Both the position numbers and the translations under genes were made by a program. Positions 9,502-17,421 of a stretch of DNA of 64,000 nt are shown in pieces. Under the pieces are notes generated by a model. It was not told the DNA's origin. It was given only the letters and a program-made list of their open reading frames with translations, and ran no database searches. Within the stretch, counting starts at the first letter, position 1. Every line of letters starts with the position of its first letter. The DNA is taken from positions 9,109-73,108 of the IMG/VR virus record IMGVR_UViG_3300046331_000099; one strand, 5' to 3'. The stretch comes from a virus.

Positions 9502-10929
9502 TTAAGCCAAGTCGTAACGTGGATTCATCAATGCCTTCAGCATGATGGCTTCTGGAGTGAATTGCTCAGTGTCTCCACCAAGAACCGCTACCATGATAGC
9601 TGGGCTGAACCCAGATACCAAAGCCACACCACGTGTGTCGTACTTAACTGGGACGTTGTCCTTAGCGTTAAGATTCCAGAACACGATCTTTGGCAGTTCG
9701 TATCCTGCATCTTCGAACTTGCGAGACATCATCTTCATCGCAGTGTCGTCGAAACGAGCACAGTGATCGAATTGCATGTCTGACATGATCAGAAGCATTT
9801 CTGGCATTTCTTCTTGAGGAACATTACCATTCTTGGCAGTAGACAGGATCTTGTCCATAGCCTTAACCAAGTCAGTATTCATACCCCAGTTAGAAGATGA
9901 CATTTGTTGACACTTCTCAACGATGTTACCCTTCAGGTGCAACAGTTCTGGTTCGCCAGAGAAAGTCAGGAATGTATCCTTGAACTTACCCTTGTTCTTG
10001 TCGGCAACGTACAATCCCAGAGAGATCGCAACGTCCATACAAGTAGTCACAGACTTGGAGTCAGCACCACCTGCACGGCAAGACATTGAACCAGAAACGT
10101 CCACCAATGGCAACACGTTAGCGTCACCGATGAAGTTTTCCATGGCTTCCCATTGCTTTTGCACAACTACCAATTCGTTTGCACTGAACTTGTTACGGTA
10201 TGAACCGATAACACCCTTCAACACATCGTATGGGAATACTGCACCAGCATTTACCTTCACCTTTGGGTCATCACCCTTTACCAACGCAGTCACGTACTCA
10301 GCGTACTTTGAAGTGTTACGTCCAAAAGCCTTTTTGTAACGTGCGTGAGCAACAGATGGAACATGAGAGAAGTTGATTTCGTCCCATTCTTTGGCACACA
10401 TGCTTTGTTCAACCACTTTAGTCATTTCGACCAAAGACTTACGGTAGAACTTAGGTGACATACCGAAGAACTCACGGATTTCTCGAGCAGTCTCACCTTT
10501 ACGTGGAGTCCACTTTGCAGCCAGACCATTCTTCGCACGCAGAGCGTCACCAAGCATAGTGTAGGCTTGTGCCTTCAGAGGTTGAGTCTTGAAGACAAAC
10601 AAGTCATCCCAACGACCAACTTCTGGCACTTTCGCCAGCAACTTTGCAGCTAGATCTGGACGAGTGTTTTCTAATTGAACCATGATTTGACGAAACAATT
10701 CACGTTCACCAGCACCACCACGTGCGTCACGTAGCCACAAAGCCAAGCGCAAGGCAAGGTCTTGATCTTCTACTAGAGCAGCAGTGAATTCTTTGGTGAT
10801 GTTCTTGCCACGTGATGCGCCAGCTTTGAAGAACAGGTCTACAAGAGCATTGGCAGTGGACTTACGAGCAAGCATACCATTTTCGGTGCGTGCTTCTTGA
10901 TTAACAACGGCATTAACAAAAGTGTTCAT
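9502..10929 (-). CDS. DUF2828-family protein: helical TROVE/Ro60-like domain plus vWA domain
   Basis: RTENG..., VDLFF, LRDARGGAGER, GRWDDL, AAKWTPR, vWA MIDAS DVSGSM, SDMQFD, VFWNL, LVSGFS; start placed at ATG 10929. Confidence 0.85.
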   Translation of the reverse strand: MNTFVNAVVNQEARTENGMLARKSTANALVDLFFKAGASRGKNITKEFTAALVEDQDLALRLALWLRDARGGAGERELFRQIMVQLENTRPDLAAKLLAKVPEVGRWDDLFVFKTQPLKAQAYTMLGDALRAKNGLAAKWTPRKGETAREIREFFGMSPKFYRKSLVEMTKVVEQSMCAKEWDEINFSHVPSVAHARYKKAFGRNTSKYAEYVTALVKGDDPKVKVNAGAVFPYDVLKGVIGSYRNKFSANELVVVQKQWEAMENFIGDANVLPLVDVSGSMSCRAGGADSKSVTTCMDVAISLGLYVADKNKGKFKDTFLTFSGEPELLHLKGNIVEKCQQMSSSNWGMNTDLVKAMDKILSTAKNGNVPQEEMPEMLLIMSDMQFDHCARFDDTAMKMMSRKFEDAGYELPKIVFWNLNAKDNVPVKYDTRGVALVSGFSPAIMVAVLGGDTEQFTPEAIMLKALMNPRYDLA

Positions 10930-10970
10930 ATAAATTTCTTTCACATAACAGGCGAGATTTGCCTAAAAAC

Positions 10971-11114
10971 AACAGGTTAGTTTCCTACTTTTTTGTTTTT
11001 CATGAGAAAATCGAAAACTCATTAGACGGTGGGGGAGAGAGCGAACTCTCAGCGTATCCATCGTCAGTCCTTAGTGGATACGAGATCCTAAGAATTGTTT
11101 GCTGAACCTAACCT
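10971..11114 (-). ncRNA. CAGCA-stem RNA A (Y RNA-like candidate), in the leader of the DUF2828 gene
   Basis: 5' AGGTTAG-GTT-CAGCAA ... CTAACCT-GTT 3'; internal hairpins; begins just after a promoter. Confidence 0.7.
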
Positions 11115-11125
11115 AACGAAACTCT

Positions 11126-11154
11126 ATTATACTTCACACATACAATAAAGTCAA
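11126..11154 (-). promoter_or_regulatory. sigma70-type promoter for RNA A and the DUF2828 gene
   Basis: TTGACT-N17-TATAAT. Confidence 0.8.
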
Positions 11155-11161
11155 CAAAAAT

Positions 11162-11436
11162 AACGGGATGAACGGGTAAATAATTTTGGTTACTTAAACC
11201 ATCGTGTTCCTTTCGGCTTAGCCCCACGAGAATCGTCCAGTTCACTGGTATAGCCTGACAAGTTCAGGCAACTTGGTACACATTCGGGTGTAACTATCGA
11301 ACTCCTAATAGGGGTTCCAAGGCATAAGAGCATGCAATAGTCTTTCCAGCCTAGTTTCAGTTATGACGCCTTACGACGTTTCCTCCTGTTGAAACTACTC
11401 TTTAGGCAGTATTGTTTAATATGCTGCAATCATCCC
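11162..11436 (-). ncRNA. CAGCA-stem RNA B (about 275 nt)
   Basis: 5' GGGATGA-TTG-CAGCAT ... TCATCCC-GTT 3'; own promoter. Confidence 0.7.
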
Positions 11437-11448
11437 AATTCAAACTAA

Positions 11449-11477
11449 ATTATACATCATCTAGTCTTGCAAGTCAA
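11449..11477 (-). promoter_or_regulatory. sigma70-type promoter for RNA B
   Basis: TTGACT-N17-TATAAT. Confidence 0.8.
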
Positions 11478-11482
11478 GCACT

Positions 11483-11965
11483 TTATGCTGCTTTGCGATT
11501 AGACAAGATGTGTTTCATTCTATCAGCGCAGTAAGATGCAGCGAATGCGTTTGGCTTAACCAAAGGAATCACGTTGCACATACCACGGATGTAGCCAGTT
11601 GCTTCGTTGATTACGCAAGAACTACCATGCATTTCGTTTGGGTTGATGTCTAAGTGGACTTCCACTTCTCTGTCTTCCAAAACGTCATGTAGCTTTTGAT
11701 ACAATTCAGCAATTTTATAAACTTCATTCATCAAACGCATACGTGGACGATTCTTCTTTTGATCGTAGTCACGTTCACGTTGTACTTCACCGAAAATCTT
11801 GCAGCCGTGTTTACCATCAATGTGAACAACAACAGCAAGTGTGTAATCTGCATACCAGTCTTTACCAATATTAAATCGTTCAGAATCTCCACCGATGTAG
11901 ATTTTAGTTTCTGGACTTTGAGCCTCGATGAATGCTTTAACTTCATCGATATCGATTTTACGCAT
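11483..11965 (-). CDS. RNase H-like protein, YkuK/DUF458 family
   Basis: IYIGGDS, RLMNEVYK, EVHLDIN, KPNAFAASYCAD. Confidence 0.8.
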   Translation of the reverse strand: MRKIDIDEVKAFIEAQSPETKIYIGGDSERFNIGKDWYADYTLAVVVHIDGKHGCKIFGEVQRERDYDQKKNRPRMRLMNEVYKIAELYQKLHDVLEDREVEVHLDINPNEMHGSSCVINEATGYIRGMCNVIPLVKPNAFAASYCADRMKHILSNRKAA

Positions 11966-11995
11966 ATTACACCTCTTTCACCTCATTAAAAAAAT

Positions 11996-12069
11996 TGGAG
12001 CGGGATGAGAGAATCGAACTCTCAACAACAGATTGGAAATCTGTAGTTTTACCATTAAACTAATCCCGC
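11996..12069 (-). tRNA. tRNA-Gly(TCC)
   Basis: Cloverleaf, anticodon loop TTTCCAA, encoded CCA. Confidence 0.92.
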
Positions 12070-12075
12070 AATATT

Positions 12076-12152
12076 TGGCGAGCCGAGAGGGATTCGAACC
12101 CCCAACATATGGTTTTGGAGACCATCGTTCTGCCAATTGGAACTACCGACTC
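12076..12152 (-). tRNA. tRNA-Trp(CCA)
   Basis: Loop CTCCAAA, T-loop TTCGAAT, CCA end. Confidence 0.9.
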
Positions 12153-12313
12153 ATGTTTTGTAAGACCTCTTGGGTCTCATCATTATTTCGAGTCAGCTTT
12201 TCTTCTGCCTCGGAATTCTGTTTGTTTTTGTTACCCCAGATAGCATCGTATCCGTTGTCCCATTTATCTTTATCTTCTGGACGACGTTTGTCGCCTTTAC
12301 CACCATCACTCAT
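12143..12313 (-). CDS. small hypothetical protein (MSDGGKGDKRRP...)
   Basis: AGGAG RBS before ATG 12313; its TAG stop lies inside tRNA-Trp. Confidence 0.6.
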   Translation of the reverse strand: MSDGGKGDKRRPEDKDKWDNGYDAIWGNKNKQNSEAEEKLTRNNDETQEVLQNMSR

Positions 12314-12321
12314 ACTTACTC

Positions 12322-12984
12322 CTATAACCACTCAGCAAAGAAATACTGATTGAGTTTCTTTGGTACAGATTTAGTTATTCGTTGTCCATGAAGAGTACCA
12401 CCCTTCCACGACACCATTCTATTATACACGTTCTTTACTTCACATGTCAAGTCGAAGTTGTCGTCGTGTTCTTTACGCATACGCTTAAATTCTTGTAAGT
12501 CTATCTTACCTGCACGATACAACTCACCTGGAATTGTATATTCGTCAATACATCGTTTGACAATTTCTTGTTCATCCCAATCAATATGATCTTTGAATCT
12601 ATGTATTGTTACTCCAGATTCTGGATCTGGGTTTGGTGTGAGTAAAATTTGCCCACAAAACGCCATTCTGTATTCTTCAACTGTTGCTCTGCAAACATCT
12701 GGATTCTTACCGTCCATATGAGTAGTCGAAACATTAAACAGTTCGTCTACATCGTTGTACTGATGTTCCATAAAGAAGGTAGTCAGTTTAATCTTATTAG
12801 GATCAACACCATGGATAGAACAAAGAGCATTCTTTACTCCATCAAATGTAGGCTTACTCATCATCTCTAGACTAATACTTCTGTTTCCAGTACCACAACC
12901 AGAAATAGGAAATTCGTTAACCAATCCAAGTATATAATCTGGTTGTGTGTAAAAATTATCAAGAACTTTGATGTCTGTTATCAT
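12322..12984 (-). CDS. 2OG-Fe(II) oxygenase-like protein (DUF6445-like)
   Basis: VLDNFY start; HMD...ILLTP.P.P.SG...NVYNRMV...LHG. Confidence 0.7.
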   Translation of the reverse strand: MITDIKVLDNFYTQPDYILGLVNEFPISGCGTGNRSISLEMMSKPTFDGVKNALCSIHGVDPNKIKLTTFFMEHQYNDVDELFNVSTTHMDGKNPDVCRATVEEYRMAFCGQILLTPNPDPESGVTIHRFKDHIDWDEQEIVKRCIDEYTIPGELYRAGKIDLQEFKRMRKEHDDNFDLTCEVKNVYNRMVSWKGGTLHGQRITKSVPKKLNQYFFAEWL

Positions 12985-13352
12985 AATTTATCTATCTTAA
13001 GTTTTGTGTTTCTTGGTTCATACTTAAATCGATTGAACCAATTCTTGTGTATCTTAACAGAGAACGAAACATCATTTTGTTTGATGCAGTAGTACAGATT
13101 TTTATACAAAGATGATAGTAAGTTCAACTCGTACATATCTCTGTATAACTCATCAGTGATATCATCTTCGATATCTTTAGTCCAAATTAAAGCAACTTTA
13201 GTTTTCTGAACTCTCACAACAACAGAAAGGTTATAAACTACTTTGTTATCTACAATTATAGAATCAACACCAAGCGAAATGCTATCACCATCAGATATTC
13301 TTGACGCTATATGTTCTATGTCTAACTCATGAGCCATTAGAATGGTATCCAA
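12981..13352 (-). CDS. hypothetical protein
   Basis: 123-aa ORF overlapping both neighbours, AT-rich. Confidence 0.6.
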   Translation of the reverse strand: MDTILMAHELDIEHIASRISDGDSISLGVDSIIVDNKVVYNLSVVVRVQKTKVALIWTKDIEDDITDELYRDMYELNLLSSLYKNLYYCIKQNDVSFSVKIHKNWFNRFKYEPRNTKLKIDKL

Positions 13353-13813
13353 TTTTCTTCTTCACGCAATGAAGAATGTATTCTAATAAGAATCATAAGA
13401 AGTGGTTGCCCATCACAAGTGACAGTAAATTCTTCTTTATGGTGCGGAGATATTAGAATAGTTGGATCATTCAACTCGATCTCTTGAGTCTGGCCATCTA
13501 CTGAGAAAGATAGTTTATTTACATTCGGATTTGCAAACAACACACCAAAGTATTCATGGTCACGACTATCAGTCACTCTTGTATTACTGTGAATCAAAAC
13601 TGGTTCTGCGCTCACGAAGTATTTTTTGAAGTTGGTATTTGGCCAGTTACAGTAGAACGCATCTTGAATCATCTCGTATAGATGCCATGTGTGAACAGAC
13701 ATGGTATTAAACAGATGCTTATGCTCTGGAAAGTTTACCATGTAATCTACAAAACCATCAGTTAACTTTTGGTCTTCTCTAGTAACAAAATATTTTAGAT
13801 ATTTCTTTGCCAT
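13337..13813 (-). CDS. hypothetical protein (possible degenerate cupin/DSBH fold)
   Basis: 158-aa ORF in an AT-rich operon. Confidence 0.6.
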   Translation of the reverse strand: MAKKYLKYFVTREDQKLTDGFVDYMVNFPEHKHLFNTMSVHTWHLYEMIQDAFYCNWPNTNFKKYFVSAEPVLIHSNTRVTDSRDHEYFGVLFANPNVNKLSFSVDGQTQEIELNDPTILISPHHKEEFTVTCDGQPLLMILIRIHSSLREEENWIPF

Positions 13814-13814
13814 A

Positions 13815-14345
13815 TCACTCGAAACAAAAATTCATTATACACCTAATATCAGTGGTTGGTTTGGATCCATGGTGCTGAAGGTTACCATCAAACACGATAA
13901 CATTACCACGTTTATGTTCTGATCTAACCAACTCACTACCATCTGGATTATACAGAACTGTTGGTCCATCACTTTCGTTTATATAATAAACAGCACTGTA
14001 GTATGGAGTCGGAAAGTTTGGTAAATCTACATGTTTAATCGGAGGATTAACACCTGCAGTAACTAACTGTAGTTGACATATCATATTGTGTATCCTAGTA
14101 GCACCTAACTTTTCTGGGACTATCTTAAACACATCATACATTTCACGATCCAACATTTTACCATTTTGATAAACAGGGTGGCGAAACGAACTTATATTTC
14201 TCTTAGCTTCGTCGCTAACATTATATGCATTACTCGTGTAGGCTGAGAACCTATTAAATATCCACTGAGTGTTAGCATTAAGAACAGATGCCTCTAAAAG
14301 ATTTTGCTGTTCTTCAGTTAATAAATTTTCTACAATTTTATACAT
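13815..14345 (-). CDS. 2OG-Fe(II) oxygenase superfamily protein
   Basis: Start MYKIVENLL at 14345 (the longer ORF runs through tRNAs); HVD...YYINESDGPT...FDG..HH...R. Confidence 0.8.
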   Translation of the reverse strand: MYKIVENLLTEEQQNLLEASVLNANTQWIFNRFSAYTSNAYNVSDEAKRNISSFRHPVYQNGKMLDREMYDVFKIVPEKLGATRIHNMICQLQLVTAGVNPPIKHVDLPNFPTPYYSAVYYINESDGPTVLYNPDGSELVRSEHKRGNVIVFDGNLQHHGSKPTTDIRCIMNFCFE

Positions 14346-14350
14346 ATTTT

Positions 14351-14426
14351 TGGTGCCCCTCACATGATTCGAACACGTGACCTTCACATTACTAATGTGC
14401 TGCTCTACCAACTGAGCTAGAAGGGC
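14351..14426 (-). tRNA. tRNA-Thr(AGT)
   Basis: Loop TTAGTAA (A34), CCA end. Confidence 0.85.
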
Positions 14427-14435
14427 ATTAAATTT

Positions 14436-14514
14436 TGGCTCTGCATCTGGGGTTCGAACCCAGCTAATCATTGATTAACAGTCAAGTCCGTGCACCTAGC
14501 TCGGATTCTGCGGA
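14436..14514 (-). tRNA. tRNA-Asn(GTT)
   Basis: Loop CTGTTAA, enlarged D region, GCCA end. Confidence 0.85.
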
Positions 14515-15032
14515 ATAACATCTTGCCAACGAATGACAAGACTCTCATTATATGTATCTCGATTTCCCTTACGCTTATTTTCAAGCGAAGGTAAGTACTG
14601 CAAATTATCTTGGTGATGTAAACCACCCCTTGATATTGGAACTATGTGATCAACTTCACATCCTTCTGGTTTTGCCTTGTAGATTTTATCAATCAATGCA
14701 AGGTCAGCATCGACAGCTAGAGCATTTACCTTTCTAGCTTGATACCTACGAACAGTTGCCAATCGCCTTGCAGCGATTTCTTCAACTGGCTTCCTGCCTT
14801 TTTTATCCCAATACTCAGTCGTTCTCTGACGCTTTATTTCTTTCATCTCATTAGAGTGTTTCCAACCAGACTTACCTTTTGCTGGATGTCCATTTTCCTT
14901 GAATGTTTTACTGACAGAAACACTCTTCTTTAGTTTGTCTTCATCTGACCATGTTCTAGAATTAGCACAAGATTTAGAACAGAACCTTCCACTCATCTCA
15001 TGTTCAATTCCACATTTAGGGCATATCTTCAT
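14496..15032 (-). CDS. free-standing HNH homing endonuclease in the tRNA cluster
   Basis: MKICPKCG..FCSKSCAN Zn finger, NUMOD-like KHSNEMKE, EVDHIVPISRGGLHHQDNLQYL...EN..K. Confidence 0.85.
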   Translation of the reverse strand: MKICPKCGIEHEMSGRFCSKSCANSRTWSDEDKLKKSVSVSKTFKENGHPAKGKSGWKHSNEMKEIKRQRTTEYWDKKGRKPVEEIAARRLATVRRYQARKVNALAVDADLALIDKIYKAKPEGCEVDHIVPISRGGLHHQDNLQYLPSLENKRKGNRDTYNESLVIRWQDVIPQNPS

Positions 15033-15046
15033 AAAGACCTCATAAC

Positions 15047-15123
15047 TGGTGCGGATGGTGAGACTCGAACTCACAAAATTTGGCTTCTAAGACCAACACG
15101 TATACCAATTCCATCACATCCGC
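15047..15123 (-). tRNA. tRNA-Leu(TAG), short variable region
   Basis: Loop CTTAGAA, 77 nt. Confidence 0.85.
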
Positions 15124-15131
15124 ATAAACTT

Positions 15132-15208
15132 TGGTCGGAATACAAGGATTCGAACCTTGGACCCCCTCGTCCCAAACGAGGTGCGCTACCAGACTGCGCT
15201 ATACTCCG
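15132..15208 (-). tRNA. tRNA-Pro(TGG)
   Basis: Loop TTTGGGA. Confidence 0.92.
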
Positions 15209-15213
15209 ATAAT

Positions 15214-15288
15214 TGGTGCATCGTGACAGTTTCGAACTGCCGACCCGCTGCGTGTAAGGCAGCCGCTCTACCACTGAGCTAACGATGC
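15214..15288 (-). tRNA. tRNA-Val(TAC)
   Basis: Loop CTTACAC. Confidence 0.92.
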
Positions 15289-15343
15289 GAAATTTATTAC
15301 ACACTACTTATCTTATTATACGCCATGTGTAAGGGCGAGGCTC

Positions 15344-15418
15344 TGGTGGTGATGGTTGGATTTGAACCAACGACCATCTCCGTATGAAGGAGGTGCACTA
15401 CCACTGTGCTACATCACC
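15344..15418 (-). tRNA. tRNA with CAT anticodon (Met or Ile2)
   Basis: Loop TTCATAC. Confidence 0.85.
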
Positions 15419-15523
15419 ATATTGAAACACACTTACCAGAATCGAACTGGTGACCAGATACTATCGATCCAGCTATGCTCCACATAACAGCCTAGCTTCA
15501 GCTGTAGTATGCTTCAATATGGT
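15416..15523 (-). ncRNA. family-2 long-stem element (copy 4) with an internal T-arm-like hairpin
   Basis: 5' ACCATATTGAAGCATACT pairs with AGTGTGTTTCAATATGGT; contains ACCAG-TTCGATT-CTGGT. Confidence 0.6.
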
Positions 15524-15593
15524 GCCCCATGACAGAATCGAACTGCCTTAGCCTGATTACAAAACAGGAGTAATACCAATATACGAATAGGGC
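15520..15593 (-). tRNA. tRNA-Thr(TGT)
   Basis: Loop TTTGTAA. Confidence 0.88.
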
Positions 15594-15597
15594 AAAT

Positions 15598-15716
15598 AAC
15601 AGAATCGCTTTTTACGTGCTACCATTACACCACACTGAAGACCAACTCAGCGCTGGGATTCGAACCCAGACCCTCTTTTTTACAGAAAGATTATTTTTAA
15701 TTGCTGTAACGATTCT
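15598..15716 (-). ncRNA. CAGCA-stem RNA C with circularly permuted tRNA module (YrlA-like)
   Basis: 5' AGAATCG-TTA-CAGCAA ... T-arm CTGGG-TTCGAAT-CCCAG, loop-closed acceptor CGCTGAG/TTCAGTG, D-arm GTGT-AATGGTA-GCAC ... CGATTCT-GTT 3'. Confidence 0.8.
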
Positions 15717-15729
15717 AACGGTCTTAATC

Positions 15730-15790
15730 AACAGGATAGCTTTTGTCGCTAGACAACCATAGTTAGCTTTGTGATTGCTGTAACTATCCT
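15730..15790 (-). ncRNA. CAGCA-stem RNA D (minimal)
   Basis: 5' AGGATAG-TTA-CAGCAA ... CTATCCT-GTT 3'. Confidence 0.7.
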
Positions 15791-15795
15791 AAAAC

Positions 15796-15870
15796 TGGTT
15801 GCGGGTGGTGGAATCGAACCACCTATCTTCAGCTTATGAGACTGACGAGTTACCATTTCTCCGACCCGCA
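15796..15870 (-). tRNA. tRNA-Met(CAT), initiator-like body
   Basis: Loop CTCATAA; acceptor TGCGGGT/ACCCGCA. Confidence 0.85.
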
Positions 15871-15875
15871 ATAAC

Positions 15876-16256
15876 TTACTTCTTTGACCACTGCCAGATG
15901 TCATCACGTGTCATCTTGCGTTGGTCACCTTTACCGTACTTTGTCACCATAACATGTATGCGTGGAACAATATACATGAAGAACATGACATCATTCGCTT
16001 TGCTTCTCTTCTCAACAGAAGAGTACATTTTACCTGCAAGAAACGCTCTTGCCAAGGTAGTTGCTCGGGATTCGTTACGGACATTCCAACGACGATGGTT
16101 AATCAACTCATCTAGCTTTCGTGCCAGAGTAAACGCTGATGTCTCGTCGCTTGAACGATGATACTTGATTTGCTTCTTAAGTTTAGCTTCTTCGTGACGA
16201 ATAACTTGTGGCTCAAGAGCGAGGTGTTTTGCTTTAATTTTTAGTTCGATACTCAT
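15876..16256 (-). CDS. basic hypothetical protein within the tRNA cluster
   Basis: 126-aa ORF with AAGGAG RBS. Confidence 0.8.
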   Translation of the reverse strand: MSIELKIKAKHLALEPQVIRHEEAKLKKQIKYHRSSDETSAFTLARKLDELINHRRWNVRNESRATTLARAFLAGKMYSSVEKRSKANDVMFFMYIVPRIHVMVTKYGKGDQRKMTRDDIWQWSKK

Positions 16257-16320
16257 TTAATTTCTCCTTGTGTTATAAAATTGTTTTCAATGCCCAAGAA
16301 GAAACTTACGGAGGGCGAAT

Positions 16321-16341
16321 CTACAAACGGAAATCTTTCAT
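16321..16341 (-). CDS. putative minigene MKDFRL-UAG
   Basis: GAAAGGAAAACAG-ATG AAA GAT TTC CGT TTG TAG, followed by a GCCC...GGGC hairpin. Confidence 0.4.
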   Translation of the reverse strand: MKDFRL

Positions 16342-16364
16342 CTGTTTTCCTTTCAATAAAAAGT

Positions 16365-16439
16365 TGGTGCGTCTGACAGGAATCGAACCTGCTCTCTGGA
16401 GTTTTAGAGGCTCTTGCTATACCATACAGCTTCAAACGC
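16365..16439 (-). tRNA. tRNA with CTA anticodon (amber-suppressor-like)
   Basis: Standard numbering gives loop CTCTAAA; anticodon stem has two mismatches; T-arm and ACCA end intact. Confidence 0.7.
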
Positions 16440-16459
16440 ATAATTGTATTTAGCAATTA

Positions 16460-16671
16460 AATTTGTAAGTAGTGCCACCATCATTATAGGCACCATTCAC
16501 CCGTGTAATAAACTCGAGCGGGACTCGGTACGTCACTTGGGATACTAGTCCAGTTAGCAACCAAACTGCGCCGCTCTTCCGAGCAGCTGGGAGTTGAACC
16601 CATCACCTTCTACTATTTCGTCCCTTCGAAGAAGACTAGATAGCGTGACATTCTCTTGCTGACACTCACAA
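16460..16671 (-). ncRNA. CAGCA-stem RNA H (about 212 nt) with a second permuted tRNA module
   Basis: 5' TTGTGAG-TGT-CAGCAA ... TGGG-TTCAACT-CCCA, GCTGCTC-GGAA-GAGCGGC, CAGTT-TGGTTGCT-AACTG ... CTTACAA-ATT 3'. Confidence 0.7.
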
Positions 16672-16675
16672 AACT

Positions 16676-16750
16676 TGGCGGTCTTATGGGGTAACGATCC
16701 CCATCTACAGCAGTGACAGTGCTGTGTGCGTCCATGAACACTTTAAGACC
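16676..16750 (-). tRNA. tRNA-Asp(GTC)
   Basis: Loop CTGTCAC; atypical T-loop ATCGTTA. Confidence 0.85.
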
Positions 16751-16882
16751 AAAATATGTGGCATTACGAACTTTAGCCGTATCTCTATCGTGGATACCGA
16801 ATAGACCGACTGGCGTCGACCCGCACATGTAACACGCCAGACCCTTTGTCTGGATTGACAAGCAACTGACGTTGCTCGATTC

Positions 16883-16968
16883 TGGTGGATGCCGCTGGAC
16901 TCGAACCAGCAATGCCGTAAGGCGGAAGATTTACAGTCTCCTGGGGTTACCAATTTTCCTACACATCC
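16883..16968 (-). tRNA. tRNA-Tyr(GTA)
   Basis: Loop CTGTAAA, long variable arm. Confidence 0.9.
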
Positions 16969-16975
16969 AAAAACT

Positions 16976-17050
16976 TGGCACACGATACGGGAATCGAACC
17001 CGTCTTACCAACGTGAAAGGCTGGTGTCCTAGCCGATAGACGAATCGTGC
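16976..17050 (-). tRNA. tRNA-Glu(TTC)
   Basis: Loop CTTTCAC. Confidence 0.9.
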
Positions 17051-17058
17051 ATATAACT

Positions 17059-17087
17059 ATTATACATCAACTTGCGCTGCAAGTCAA
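17059..17087 (-). promoter_or_regulatory. internal sigma70-type promoter in the tRNA array
   Basis: TTGACT-N17-TATAAT. Confidence 0.8.
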
Positions 17088-17095
17088 CAACTATC

Positions 17096-17173
17096 TGGAG
17101 TACGAGGTGAGATTTGAACTCACGATTTTACGGATTTGCAATCCGTTGCAATTGACCACTCTGCCACTCGTAC
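17096..17173 (-). tRNA. tRNA-Cys(GCA)
   Basis: Loop TTGCAAA, U discriminator. Confidence 0.9.
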
Positions 17174-17180
17174 ATAAACT

Positions 17181-17257
17181 TGGTGCGGATAGCGAGACTC
17201 GAACTCGCAGAATCCTGCTTTTGAGACAGGCACGTATACCAATTCCATCATATCCGC
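17181..17257 (-). tRNA. tRNA-Leu(CAA), short variable region
   Basis: Loop CTCAAAA; body nearly identical to Leu(TAG). Confidence 0.85.
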
Positions 17258-17258
17258 A

Positions 17259-17333
17259 TGGTGGGCTGAGAGAGAATTGAACTCTCACTCGATCGATTAT
17301 GAGTCGACTGCTTTACCATTAAGCTATCAGCCC
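17259..17333 (-). tRNA. tRNA with CAT anticodon, probably Ile2 (lysidine)
   Basis: Loop CTCATAA; GGGCT acceptor typical of Ile. Confidence 0.8.
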
Positions 17334-17337
17334 AAAC

Positions 17338-17414
17338 TGGTGCGCCCAGAGGGATTCGAACCCCCGACATGCGGTGTAGAAGACCGCTGTTCTATCCAAC
17401 TGAACTATAGGCGC
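17338..17414 (-). tRNA. tRNA-Arg(TCT)
   Basis: Loop CTTCTAC. Confidence 0.92.
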
Positions 17415-17421
17415 ATAAACT

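Noticed and set aside
11162-11436. RNA B or the 8.9-9.5 kb gap as tmRNA or RNase P RNA
   Set aside because: No GGGG...T-arm-CCA alanine-type ends, no tag reading frame and no RNase P P4 consensus could be seen
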